Shown here: positions 49,264 through 59,577 of the stretch, piece by piece
Layout of the letters: each line of letters opens with the position of its first letter
Position numbering within the stretch: the stretch's first letter is position 1
From: an uncultured Nitrososphaerota archaeon
Lineage (GTDB): Archaea > Thermoproteota > EX4484-205 > JAAOZO01
Length of the DNA: 64,000 bases
Assembly: GCA_964408285.1 (NCBI GenBank)
Contig: CAYOYV010000001.1
Span: 1 to 64,000, forward strand
Reading direction: 5' to 3'
Made by a program: the position numbers and the translations under genes
Notes under the pieces: model-generated
Told to the model about the DNA's origin: nothing
What the model saw: the letters and a program-made list of their open reading frames with translations, nothing else
Databases searched by the model: none

Positions 49264-52002
49264 TCAGAGAACGTACGCCCCAGAGGCCCAGTTCAGAAGA
49301 CTGTAGAAGAGATAGGTCTGATACCAGTGGCTTTCATGATGTCGCCTGTCCTCGAAATGATAATTGTCCTCAGAGGCTGTCTCCAGTCGGGATCCGATGT
49401 ATATGATCCTTTTCTTAGGGTCCTTCGATATGACAACAGCCGGCGTGCCCTCGATGGTGTCTGGTTGATCCTTAGGAGATGCGCCCCAAATCGCGCACAC
49501 AGCACCCCAATCTTTGGCACTTACCCTCGAAACTCGAAAGCCTGTCTCAGCTTCATACAAAGCCCGTTTTCTCAGAGCAGGACCAAGTAGTACGCCCTCT
49601 GGCTGGTCCTTCAAAGCCAAGTATCGTATAGTCTTGGATAGAAGGTGATTCTTCTCTCCAGATACGGGACAGTTCTTGCCGTGGAACGGTTCGCCCATCC
49701 ACAGAACCCCCGCGCCCAGATTCAGAAACTCGTCTGCAATTGCTCCGTGGGTTTTTGGATCGCAAGCTGCAAGCCAGATAGCGACATATTGGCCCTCCTT
49801 CAGAGCTGATCTTGCCTCCTCCAGATCCTTCAGGAAATAGAGATTCGGATAGGAATGCATTATTTTCTTGTCTATCCCTTCCGCATAGACGTAGAATTTC
49901 GTCGGAAAGACCCTGACCTTGACTCGATCAATTCCGCTCACATCGTCTAATTTCCATCGCATCGGGATATCGACATCGAGGTGTTCCCAGAGTCGGATGT
50001 GATGATTGCATGGCCTCAATTCTAGAGGGATTTTCCTAGCCTCTCCTGATTTCAGATCAAGATTGAATGAGGTCTTGTCAGAGACCCACCCCTGCGGTAG
50101 CTCCAGCGAAAGAGCAAATGAACCAGATTCACCATGATTTCTGACCTCGAGTTCATGCTTTGATACAACACACGGGGACTCTACCATTGGAGGAATGAGC
50201 CTCATGCAAAGTCTATCCCTGGCCTGAAGCAAGAGTGGAAATGAAGGAGCTGCAGTTCCATGAACTCTCACAAGAGGCGTAATCGCATACGCACGATCCT
50301 TCCTGGCAAACATTGGAAGAATTCCGAACCAGAATAGGTCGGTGTTTTCGTCTATCCTCTCGCTCTTCTTCTTGATGATTTTCCATCCCTCGGGAAGGTG
50401 CAGCTGCAGGTCATACTCGACTGGAACGATTCTGCTCACCCTAGCTTCCACTTCGATCAGTTGACCTGGGACAAAGCCGTTGTCCAACGGATCGGTCGGC
50501 GGGGTCTTTCCTCTAAGCCGAAGGCTTAGTTCAACCTGGGGGAAGATTTCCTCGCCGATCAACACGAGCACCCAGGTGATTATCTTCGGGACTTCAAATC
50601 GTATCTTCCGGTCTGCCGTTTCAGTTCGCAATTGCCTCACTCCCAGTTCAGGAGAAGCGAATGTGATTGCTGGAGGCCATTTAATACCAAATCCCGAAGT
50701 GTCCACTTCTATCCTTTGATTCTCCAAAGACGGGACGTTAGGGTCTATATTAAGCACGTGAAGGATGAGCTGTTGGCGGCCTTCGCTCAGGGCCCTTCTG
50801 TTCAATATGGTCCGAAGGGATCTTGGTGGTGAGTCGGGAGTCACGATGTCTTGAGGCACATACACATCGACATATGGGCCATACAGATAGTCCGAGAATC
50901 GCCTTGAGAATCTTATGTAGTCATCTGAAGGGTGACTATGGCTCACATCCGTTCCTTTATCTGCCAATGTTGTAACAAAGGAGAGGTTGAGATATTCCTT
51001 CTCGAACGATTCATATCCATGCCATCCCCACCAAGGGATGTTGCAGGCTCTCATGCTCCTTTCCCTCATGTTCCTATGGAATTCGTCCCAATTGCGAGGA
51101 CTGCCGATCGATTCGCCCATGGAAGTCCATCCGAACCTCCAATCCTCATCTACATACATTCTTGCAATGTTATTCGGGCAGACGACGAAATTCGGATTCC
51201 GCTCTGATAGGTAAGAAGCATCGCAGTATTTGCCAAACGCCTCATCTAGGTGAACATAGTCGAACCCGATCCTTCTGGCGAACTCAAGCTGATCCATCAT
51301 CCACCTGGAGAAATCCATATTCGGAGGGATGGAATCGTTCCACTCCGATGATGAACCTCTAGCTCCCCAAAACCTCTCCCTGCTTCCATGCCAATAGTGG
51401 CCGGCATATTGCCTCATGAACTCGTCCGTCCAATCATCTTCTGAATCAGGAAGCAGAGCATATGTTATGGCCATCATGCCTCCGCTCATGTAGGTGCCAA
51501 CCCTCTTGCCTTCCTCATGGAACTTCTCTATCATTGCTATGCCCTCCGGTGTTGGTCTGCAGTTGCACCTGTACCACAATCCATCTTGACTTTCAGGGAA
51601 GCCCTTCAGCGCCCAATCGCTTCCCGACATGAAGACTACGCCTCTTAGGTCATCAAAGGCCTCCACAGATTCGGTGGCCTGACCACCCACGTAATAATAG
51701 CGAAGCTCCCTGGCCCAATTCGGAAGTCTCAGAGATATGAGTGCGCCCTTGGCCCTCAACAAAGATTGCTTAGCCTCCAGTAGAAGAGATTCTCTGTCAA
51801 TGTTGAAGCCAATGTCGTAGTTCTTCGTTCTGCCCTCGTATCCCCCTTCCCATCCCTTTGTGCCCCTGTACTCCTGTAGGAATCGCTCAGCCTGCTTCAG
51901 CTCACTCCCCACGTCCAAGAAGACATAACCCTCTTCCTCAGACTGCAAGACCTTTCTCTCTATGTCCTCCTTCAAACGCCACAATTCATTCTCTGTCTGC
52001 AT
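49264..52002 (-). CDS. Large multidomain hypothetical protein, putative glycoside hydrolase (TIM barrel plus Ig/NEW3-like domains)
   Basis: KFHEEGKRVGTY and GFDYVHLDE barrel-like motifs; two LxLPxGW Ig-like repeats; start 52002 or 52023. Confidence 0.6.
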   Translation of the reverse strand: MQTENELWRLKEDIERKVLQSEEEGYVFLDVGSELKQAERFLQEYRGTKGWEGGYEGRTKNYDIGFNIDRESLLLEAKQSLLRAKGALISLRLPNWARELRYYYVGGQATESVEAFDDLRGVVFMSGSDWALKGFPESQDGLWYRCNCRPTPEGIAMIEKFHEEGKRVGTYMSGGMMAITYALLPDSEDDWTDEFMRQYAGHYWHGSRERFWGARGSSSEWNDSIPPNMDFSRWMMDQLEFARRIGFDYVHLDEAFGKYCDASYLSERNPNFVVCPNNIARMYVDEDWRFGWTSMGESIGSPRNWDEFHRNMRERSMRACNIPWWGWHGYESFEKEYLNLSFVTTLADKGTDVSHSHPSDDYIRFSRRFSDYLYGPYVDVYVPQDIVTPDSPPRSLRTILNRRALSEGRQQLILHVLNIDPNVPSLENQRIEVDTSGFGIKWPPAITFASPELGVRQLRTETADRKIRFEVPKIITWVLVLIGEEIFPQVELSLRLRGKTPPTDPLDNGFVPGQLIEVEARVSRIVPVEYDLQLHLPEGWKIIKKKSERIDENTDLFWFGILPMFARKDRAYAITPLVRVHGTAAPSFPLLLQARDRLCMRLIPPMVESPCVVSKHELEVRNHGESGSFALSLELPQGWVSDKTSFNLDLKSGEARKIPLELRPCNHHIRLWEHLDVDIPMRWKLDDVSGIDRVKVRVFPTKFYVYAEGIDKKIMHSYPNLYFLKDLEEARSALKEGQYVAIWLAACDPKTHGAIADEFLNLGAGVLWMGEPFHGKNCPVSGEKNHLLSKTIRYLALKDQPEGVLLGPALRKRALYEAETGFRVSRVSAKDWGAVCAIWGASPKDQPDTIEGTPAVVISKDPKKRIIYIGSRLETASEDNYHFEDRRHHESHWYQTYLFYSLLNWASGAYVL

Positions 52003-52165
52003 GTGCAGATCGATTGACAACATTGATTAATACTTATTGTGCAAGGTGCAAATCCCTCTCTAGAGAGATCTGACGACATCCCGTGCGGGCTGTTTGCAGG
52101 ACTGTCGGTGCATCACATTTCCTTTGGCGCGATTCTTATATACACGCAACGGAATCCTTGCCAAA

Positions 52166-53086
52166 ATGGTCAAAAGGATTTTCGAAGCTGTCAGGAGCGA
52201 TTTCGAGAAAATGAGTGCTAGAGAACTCCTGGAAAGTGTGACTCTGGCAGAGGGAAAAGCTATACTGGCCGAAGTGGCAGCGGAGTCTGCGATTCTCTCG
52301 AACGTCAGTTCAGTCGAGTTAGCCGCTGCTTTTGGAGCCGATCTGGTGGCCTTGAATGCCTTCGATGTTCTCAATCCGAGATTCCTTGGTCTTCCTCAGA
52401 ATCTGTTACTCGGTAGAGGACCACGGGTGTTGGCCCAAGTTGCAGCATTAGGAGGCGTGCCAATAGGAATCAACCTTGAACCAATAGATGAAGCGATTGC
52501 CATCAATGAAAAAATCAAGCTGCCGCAAGGCAGGATTGCCACGGTGGAGAATGGAAGGAGGGCAAGTGAAATGGGAGCCTCTTTCATCTGCTTGACAGGA
52601 AATCCCAAAACGGGCGTCACCAATCAGATGATCATACGGGCGGTGGCGGAATTGAAACTAGAATTAGGAGAAGGGGTAATACTGATGGCAGGGAAAATGC
52701 ACTCTGCCGGAGTTACGCAGGAAATGAGGGATCATATCATCTCTGAAAGGGATATCTCAGAACTGGCAAAGGCAGGGTGTGATGTGCTTATGGTGCCGGC
52801 ACCGGGCACAGTACAAAGTGTGAGCGAAGAAACTGCTAGGAAATGGATACAGTTCGCGCACGACGATGGCCTATTGGCTATGACTTGTCTTGACTCCGCC
52901 ATTGAAGGTTCAGACCTCGAAACAATAAAGAGGATTGCACTTCATTCGAAGATGGCCGGCGCTGATATACAACACATAGGCGATGCAGGTTTCAATCTCT
53001 TTCCCGACAACATTATGACTTATTGCATGACTGTCAAGGGAAGGGTCCACACATTCAGGAGAATGGCTTGGTCAACCCTGAGGTGA
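52166..53086 (+). CDS. Uncharacterised TIM-barrel protein (often annotated as PEP mutase-like)
   Basis: GINLEP, LTGNPKTGV, AGKMHSAG, PAPGTV and QHIGDAG motifs; start refined to ATG 52166. Confidence 0.75.
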   Translation: MVKRIFEAVRSDFEKMSARELLESVTLAEGKAILAEVAAESAILSNVSSVELAAAFGADLVALNAFDVLNPRFLGLPQNLLLGRGPRVLAQVAALGGVPIGINLEPIDEAIAINEKIKLPQGRIATVENGRRASEMGASFICLTGNPKTGVTNQMIIRAVAELKLELGEGVILMAGKMHSAGVTQEMRDHIISERDISELAKAGCDVLMVPAPGTVQSVSEETARKWIQFAHDDGLLAMTCLDSAIEGSDLETIKRIALHSKMAGADIQHIGDAGFNLFPDNIMTYCMTVKGRVHTFRRMAWSTLR

Positions 53087-53155
53087 GCTCAGGCTCTGGA
53101 CGTGACTCCTTGGGAAATGCGCAGGGGCATGCCATCGGATAGCCCAAAAGATTCG

Positions 53156-55117
53156 TCATCGCTTCTCTGGAAGAGCGCTTGCCAAACCAGGAATGTAGTC
53201 TGCGCCCACAGGAGCGGTCACTGTTGATCCTCTGAAGTCCTCTCCTATAGGTTCGTATTTTCCGCCCAGACATGCAGACAGGAATGCCTCTGCAATTGCG
53301 TTGAACGATAGCCTATTCTCTGGCCTTGCAAAACCATGTCCCTCATCAGGATACAAGATGTACGTCACTGGTATGCCCTTTTCCCGCATCGCCTTGACTA
53401 TCTGGTCGGACTCCGCCTGCTTGACCCGAGGATCATTCGCCCCTTGTCCGATCAATAGAGGTTTCCGGATCCGATCCACGTACGTCAATGGAGACCTCTT
53501 GGCTAGGAAAGCTCTGCCTTCCTCCGTTCTGTGATCTCCGACTCGTTTCGTGAACAATTCGATCTCCGGCTCCCAGTATGGCGGAATCGTCTGGAGCAGC
53601 GTCACGAGATTCGACGGTCCAACAATGTCCACTCCACATGCAAAGGTCTCTGGCGTCGAGGTCATCCCGACAAGAACGGCGTATCCACCGTAGCTGCCTC
53701 CATAGATGGCCACTCGCGCGGGATCTGCGATCCCCTCCTGAATGGCCCATGCAACGACATCGATCAGGTCATTGTGCATCTTCCCTCCCCATTGCAGATT
53801 GCCGGCGTTGACGAATGCTTTGCCAAATCCAAGGGACGATCGGAAATTGACGCTAACCACGGCATAGCCTCGGTTCGCCAGCCATTGATGAATTGGGTTG
53901 AATCCCCATTGGTCGCGACCCCAAGGGCCACCATGGACAAGCAAGATCATTGGCAGAGGCCGGTCAGGCCGGCCATCACCATCAGTGTCGCTCCCAAGAG
54001 GCATTGAGTAATAGCATAAGAGATCAAGTCCATCTCTCGACCTAGTGACCACTGGATTCATCCTTGTCAAGGGCAGACCCTCAAGTGCTTTGCGATTCGT
54101 GAACAGGAATTTCGCTTGCTTTGCATCCCGATCGTAGTGGTAATATCGAACCGGGCCGTCATCTATGTTGTAGGCTACGATCCATGCTTCATCTGAAAGT
54201 GTCCGGCTTACAACATCAATATCCCCTTGAGCAACAGTGCAGAGGTAAGAGAGATCCCCTGCTGCAGCTTCGTTCAAGGGCTGCCACGCCTTTCGGTCGT
54301 AGGTGAAAGCCACAGCGTCCACGTTCTTCTCAGTCGGATGTATCATGACATCTGAAAGATCAGCTCTGGAATCCGAGGCCAGAATTGTCTGTTCACCGGT
54401 CTCGGAGTTCAGCGCAGACAGGGCTGCGGTATTCCTGCCCCGGCTGTCCCCCATGTATAGTATCTTTCCGCTTTTGTCGAATTGGATTGCGTCCGTAGAA
54501 ATTGAATCCTCCATCCCAATCTTGATGAACTGCTTCCAATTTCCTCCGTCCCCAAGCCTTAGTAGCTCGCTTCCTCCATCTGGCATCATCCGCTTGGCTA
54601 GGCGGATTCTGTAGTCATGATCAGCAATGAAATTGACAAATCCATCATTCTTCTGCAATAGCCGCCTTTCGCCGGTTGAGATATCCAGAAGATACAGGTC
54701 ATGGAATTGTGGAACGCGGTCATTGATTGAGATCATTATCTCATTTGGAAGTCTATGGCTGATTTTCTCTATGCGGGCTTGAACCTTCTCGATTGGCGTA
54801 AGGTCTCTAATCTCATTGCTCGATAGGTCAACGCTGTAGATTCGCCAATTCTCATCTCCTGCCTTGTCTTGGATATACAACACATGCCTATTGGTGAAAG
54901 CCCAGTCATAGTACCGAATGCCTCTATAGGTATCCTTTGTGACTGGCTTTGCTGCAGTCGGGTCTTCAGCTGGACCTACCCAGACATTCATCACACCATT
55001 AGCAGGAGCGAGATAAGCCATTTTGGTTCCGTCTGGACTAAGCCGAGCGAAAGTCTTGTCAGGATTACCAAATAGATTCCTCCTGGGTATGAGAGGTACC
55101 TCGTTCTGTCTTGCCAT
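53156..55117 (-). CDS. S9 family peptidase (dipeptidyl aminopeptidase / acylaminoacyl peptidase)
   Basis: Beta-propeller N-terminus; VHGGPW, GGSYGG, GANDPRV and DEGHG catalytic motifs. Confidence 0.95.
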   Translation of the reverse strand: MARQNEVPLIPRRNLFGNPDKTFARLSPDGTKMAYLAPANGVMNVWVGPAEDPTAAKPVTKDTYRGIRYYDWAFTNRHVLYIQDKAGDENWRIYSVDLSSNEIRDLTPIEKVQARIEKISHRLPNEIMISINDRVPQFHDLYLLDISTGERRLLQKNDGFVNFIADHDYRIRLAKRMMPDGGSELLRLGDGGNWKQFIKIGMEDSISTDAIQFDKSGKILYMGDSRGRNTAALSALNSETGEQTILASDSRADLSDVMIHPTEKNVDAVAFTYDRKAWQPLNEAAAGDLSYLCTVAQGDIDVVSRTLSDEAWIVAYNIDDGPVRYYHYDRDAKQAKFLFTNRKALEGLPLTRMNPVVTRSRDGLDLLCYYSMPLGSDTDGDGRPDRPLPMILLVHGGPWGRDQWGFNPIHQWLANRGYAVVSVNFRSSLGFGKAFVNAGNLQWGGKMHNDLIDVVAWAIQEGIADPARVAIYGGSYGGYAVLVGMTSTPETFACGVDIVGPSNLVTLLQTIPPYWEPEIELFTKRVGDHRTEEGRAFLAKRSPLTYVDRIRKPLLIGQGANDPRVKQAESDQIVKAMREKGIPVTYILYPDEGHGFARPENRLSFNAIAEAFLSACLGGKYEPIGEDFRGSTVTAPVGADYIPGLASALPEKR

Positions 55118-55339
55118 CTAAGTCCCAGGTGCCAGATTTGGGATAAAAGATTTTTTTCTTCTTCAGCGCTTAGTGAGGATGGGCCCAAGTCGGTAATGTA
55201 GTCGCGGCCGAAAAGAGGAAGGAGTGCGACAGGAGAGTCACGAAGGCGAGGAGGCCAATCGGGGCAGCCGCGACAGGTGCTTTCTTGTGGGGGAATGCTT
55301 TTTAGACTTCATCGGCTGAAGAAAGTGGAGGCGATTCGG

Positions 55340-56314
55340 ATGGATTCTGGAGAGCTACTCTATCTTTCACGCAGAGATGTGGAGAGCGTGGCATTGGACA
55401 TGCGCACAATCATCAAGCTGCTTGAGACAGTCTTCAGATTGAAAGGGGAAGGTAGGGTGGAAATGCCTCCCAAGCCGGGCATTCACACCAGACCAGATGC
55501 GTTCATTCACGCAATGCCTGCATACATTCCTGCACTAGAATCAGCAGGGATCAAGTGGGTCAGCGGCTATGCAGAGAATTACAAGCGCGGTCTGCCATAT
55601 ATTTCCGGTCTCCTGATCCTGAACGACATTGAAACAGGCCTGCCCTACGCAGTGATGGACTGTACTTGGATCACAGCGAAGCGTACCGGGGCAGCGACTG
55701 CCCTGTCAGCCAAGTACTTGGCAAGACCTGAGAGCACGAATGTTGGCATCCTGGCATGTGGTGTACAGGGACGCGCCAACCTAGAGGCACTCACTTGCCT
55801 GTTTCCAGTAAGGCGTGTCCATGCCTATGATATATCTGCTCCGGCTCAGCAACGATACGTTGAGGAGATGTCTAGCAAGTTCGGAATAGAAATCATTGGG
55901 GTCGAAGAACCTCGTAAGGCCGTGGTGGGAAGCGACATTGTCGTGACATCGGGGCCAATCCTTAAGCATCCGGATCCAACAATCGAAAAAGACTGGTTGC
56001 AACCAGGGGCGTTTGCCAGTGCAGTGGACTTCGATAGCTATTGGAAACCAGTTGCATTAGCACAGTTCGACAAGATTTGCACGGATGATTACGCGCAATT
56101 CGAATATTACAGAAGCACAGGCTACTTCCAGACGACACCAGACCCCTATGCTGACTTGGGCGAAATTGTCGCTGGATTGAAGCCAGGTCGAGAGGGAGAC
56201 GATGAAAGAACTATGGCGATGAACCTTGGATTGGCATTGGAAGACATGGCCATCGCGCCCGAAATATACCGTCATGCCAAGCAGAAGGGACTAGGCACGT
56301 GGCTTTCACTATGA
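55340..56314 (+). CDS. Ornithine cyclodeaminase / mu-crystallin family protein
   Basis: HAMPA, GIKWVS, ITAKRTGA, CGVQG and GLALED motifs; start refined to ATG 55340. Confidence 0.92.
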   Translation: MDSGELLYLSRRDVESVALDMRTIIKLLETVFRLKGEGRVEMPPKPGIHTRPDAFIHAMPAYIPALESAGIKWVSGYAENYKRGLPYISGLLILNDIETGLPYAVMDCTWITAKRTGAATALSAKYLARPESTNVGILACGVQGRANLEALTCLFPVRRVHAYDISAPAQQRYVEEMSSKFGIEIIGVEEPRKAVVGSDIVVTSGPILKHPDPTIEKDWLQPGAFASAVDFDSYWKPVALAQFDKICTDDYAQFEYYRSTGYFQTTPDPYADLGEIVAGLKPGREGDDERTMAMNLGLALEDMAIAPEIYRHAKQKGLGTWLSL

Positions 56315-56473
56315 TGCCCCCCACATCGACCTGAATGTCAATGAGAGATCAATGATCGTATGCAATTTGGTAGATGCAAGGGTCTAAGATGTCGAGCATT
56401 GCCGCAATCCGAGACTCGTTGTGAAAAGAACAAGAAATCCCCTATATAGCCTCTTGGGAGATTGACGGCAAAG

Positions 56474-57022
56474 ATGGATGTGTTTGAGGCCATTCAGAAG
56501 AGGCGATCAGTCAGATCCTATCTTCCAGACGAGGTACCGGAGGAAAAAATAGAGAGAATTCTCGATGCTGCTCGATTGGCACCCTCAGCCGGTAATATGC
56601 AGCCTTGGCATTTCGTGATTGTGAGGGATGCGGAGAAAAGGAGGATTCTGTCAAGGGGAGGGGTATTTGCTTGGTTCTTGTCCGAATCTCCTGTGGTCAT
56701 TGCAGGGTGCGGAAATAGAAAGGCATCGCCTAGCTGGTACACGGTCGACACAGCGATTGCTATGCAGAACATGGTCCTGACTGCGACTGCCGAGGGCCTG
56801 GGAACATGCTGGATAGGTAGCTTCAGCGAAAATCAGGTCAAACGTGTCCTCAAGATTCCGGAGGACTACCGGGTCGTTTCTCTCTTGGCTGTCGGATATC
56901 CGAAGGACGACCGCAGTCTTATTGACCATGTTTCCGATTTAGTGGATAGGAAGAAAGACCTTCGGAATATTGCGAGTCTCGAGGAATTTGGCAATCCTTT
57001 CGACTATAACACGGAATCGTAA
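56474..57022 (+). CDS. Nitroreductase family protein
   Basis: RRSVRSY, APSAGNMQPW, GLGTCWIG and VGYP motifs. Confidence 0.92.
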   Translation: MDVFEAIQKRRSVRSYLPDEVPEEKIERILDAARLAPSAGNMQPWHFVIVRDAEKRRILSRGGVFAWFLSESPVVIAGCGNRKASPSWYTVDTAIAMQNMVLTATAEGLGTCWIGSFSENQVKRVLKIPEDYRVVSLLAVGYPKDDRSLIDHVSDLVDRKKDLRNIASLEEFGNPFDYNTES

Positions 57023-57139
57023 CTGGGTTCCGACCTGCACTGGAAATTGTGGTCTAGTCAATATTGTATGTAATGACATAAAATACACAATAGTAAATAG
57101 TTTGACGTCAACAAGGCTAAAGGAACGTGAGGCTATTAC

Positions 57140-58141
57140 ATGCGCCCCATCCAACCCAATGTCATGAAATTGCTACGGAGCCTTATGTACGGAGATCTCT
57201 CCGAGATACTGCCTCGAATAGGTCAGGATGTCTACTATCCCGTGGCCGAGGAAATCACGCACGCCGGGAAGGATAGAACCAAGGTCATCCTCCAGCAGCT
57301 GTATGAAGAGGGCTACTTGGAGAGGCAATTCCAAGGACGGATCTACAGATGTCCCCATGACAATACTCCGCTGATCAGGCCAAGAGTGGCCTGCCCGAAA
57401 TGCAATTCGGACAATCTGGAGAAGCATCTGCTGATCGAGCACATCATATGTGGGCATGTTGATTTGGAGAAGAGTTTCATGAAGGAAGGTACCTTCGTGT
57501 GTCCCAAGGACCATAAGTCACTATTCCAGATAGGAGTCGATTACCGCAAGGCAGGAATAGCGTACAAATGCTCTTCATGTGGGAACCTGTGCCCCCTGCC
57601 TGTCGAAAGATGGGTGTGCAATGTCTCTAATCACGTCTTCTCGCTTGATGAAGCCATATCTGAAGACTTCTACTCGTACGGACTGAGGGAGGACAAGAGA
57701 GAGGAAATAAGTAGAATTCTTGAATACATAAGTCCAATCGCGGAAGCGTTCAGAAAAAATGAATTTTCCGTGGAGACATTCGTCGATGTTATTGGGATAT
57801 CTGGAATCTCCCATCCAGTCGACATCTACGCCAAGAAAGGCTCATCGGGCCGAACTGAGACTGTCATAGCTGACATTCTAGTTGAAGATGCAATAAGGCC
57901 AGAGGCAGTCCTTGCGCTGTATGGAGTGGTTTTGGACACAAACCCAACCCGGGCGATGTTGATAGCCATCCCGAAGCTGTGCGAAGAGAGCAGATTCTAT
58001 GCAGCAAAGCTGAGCATCACAGCAGTCGAGGGCAAGGATCTTGAGACTGTGAATCGGCAACTGGAGAACCTGCTGAATAAGGACCGACTCGAGACGTACG
58101 AACCAGAACAGATGGTAGTCACTGGCCTCGAGCAGAAATAG
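57140..58141 (+). CDS. TackOD1-like domain protein (winged helix plus zinc ribbons) with C-terminal restriction-endonuclease-like domain
   Basis: LYEEGYLER, CPKC.S.NL...LIEH..CG, CPKD.K.L..IGVDY and YKCSSCG motifs; C-terminal GISGISHPVDI PD-(D/E)xK-like segment. Confidence 0.75.
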   Translation: MRPIQPNVMKLLRSLMYGDLSEILPRIGQDVYYPVAEEITHAGKDRTKVILQQLYEEGYLERQFQGRIYRCPHDNTPLIRPRVACPKCNSDNLEKHLLIEHIICGHVDLEKSFMKEGTFVCPKDHKSLFQIGVDYRKAGIAYKCSSCGNLCPLPVERWVCNVSNHVFSLDEAISEDFYSYGLREDKREEISRILEYISPIAEAFRKNEFSVETFVDVIGISGISHPVDIYAKKGSSGRTETVIADILVEDAIRPEAVLALYGVVLDTNPTRAMLIAIPKLCEESRFYAAKLSITAVEGKDLETVNRQLENLLNKDRLETYEPEQMVVTGLEQK

Positions 58142-58212
58142 AGGGATGACCGGCGCTCGGCGCGCTTCAGCAAGCGTGCATGGCAGGTTCGGTATTTTGA
58201 ATCCCTGACGCT

Positions 58213-59487
58213 TCACCAACGTCTTTCCTTTCTCAATATCCAGTCCATGTATGCCTTCAGCCTTATCAGAGAGTGGTATGGTCTGTAGAAGAGGACAACG
58301 ACTGGGACGAGATAGATGTTGCGGAATTCCCCTTTGTGAGGGGAGAGGGAAGCGGCTGAACCTATGGCAACTACTTCTATGAGAACATACATTAGAAGGC
58401 CGAGCAGCATTACATAGACGATAGTGGCTCCTCGGAAGAAAACGAGAGAAGCTAACCAAGCGAGTCTCACGAACAAGAGGATAATGTCGGTGAAGATCAT
58501 GTCGTAGACGGACACAATCAACCTAAGGTCAAATCCGCGAAGCTGGAGGATGTTCGCGTGTTTTACTAGGGTTTCTATCTGGCCTCTTGTCCACCTGATT
58601 CTCTGACGCCTCCACTCCCCCCAGGTCTCAGGCGCAAAGGTCCAGGAGATGGCCCTGTCGGAGAAGAATAGCCTCTTTCCCAGTTTCCTCATCTTAACGG
58701 TTATATCAAAGTCCTCGGTTATCGTGTCCTTGTCATATTCGCCGACGGAAACCACGTACTGCTTCCAGAATGCACCGAAGGCTCCTGATATCATGAGGAG
58801 CGTTCCAACAAGGGAATTGAATCTCCTCCCCAGCTCCAATGATATTATGTATTCATAAGCTTGGAGCTTGACCAGTATGTTATGTGAACCGTTTTCTCCC
58901 CTAAGGATGCGAACGTTACCAGAGACCGCGCTAATCCTTCTGTCACTCAGAGGCCTGACTATCTCCTTCAGGGAGTCACGTTCCAACACGGTGTCTGCAT
59001 CAACCGTGACTATCACATCTCCGGATGAGAAGAAGAGTCCGTGATTAAGGGCCCCTGCCTTTGAACCACTTGCGGTGTCTCGATGGAGCAGTTTGACTAG
59101 GCCCCTTTTGGCGTATGGGAGGGCAAGTTCGAAAGTTCGATCCCTTGATCCATCATCCACAACGATTATCTCCTTGTCGGAGTAGTCAGTCTCGATCGCT
59201 GACTCAATAGACCTGACGATGATCTTCTCCTCGTTGTGAGCCGGTATGATGATCGAAATCTTTGGAAGAAAATTCGGTTCGAATTTTGGCGGGTAAAGCC
59301 TAGTGTAAAAGGCATGAGCCAGGAGGAAAGCAGATTTCCCCACTGATCTCAGGAGATCGAATAAGATCAAAGGCCAGTAGATCATGAGAATGTCCTGCAA
59401 AGTCAGACTACCGAGCCAGATGGCGAAACCATTGAGGAATTCCAAAAGGGCAGGGAATACATCGAAGAAGCAGAACGGAATTGGCAA
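58213..59487 (-). CDS. Membrane GT2 processive glycosyltransferase (IcaA/PgaC or cellulose synthase-like)
   Basis: IPAHNEE, DDGS, KAGALN, DAD, TED and QRIRW (D,D,D,QxxRW signature). Confidence 0.92.
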   Translation of the reverse strand: MPIPFCFFDVFPALLEFLNGFAIWLGSLTLQDILMIYWPLILFDLLRSVGKSAFLLAHAFYTRLYPPKFEPNFLPKISIIIPAHNEEKIIVRSIESAIETDYSDKEIIVVDDGSRDRTFELALPYAKRGLVKLLHRDTASGSKAGALNHGLFFSSGDVIVTVDADTVLERDSLKEIVRPLSDRRISAVSGNVRILRGENGSHNILVKLQAYEYIISLELGRRFNSLVGTLLMISGAFGAFWKQYVVSVGEYDKDTITEDFDITVKMRKLGKRLFFSDRAISWTFAPETWGEWRRQRIRWTRGQIETLVKHANILQLRGFDLRLIVSVYDMIFTDIILLFVRLAWLASLVFFRGATIVYVMLLGLLMYVLIEVVAIGSAASLSPHKGEFRNIYLVPVVVLFYRPYHSLIRLKAYMDWILRKERRW

Positions 59488-59577
59488 TCTCCATCTTAAC
59501 CTCGATTGGTCTTCCCTTATCTTATGTCTGAAAGCCTAATAATCCTATTCCGCCTCGCCCCAAGGACGTCCCAAGAA

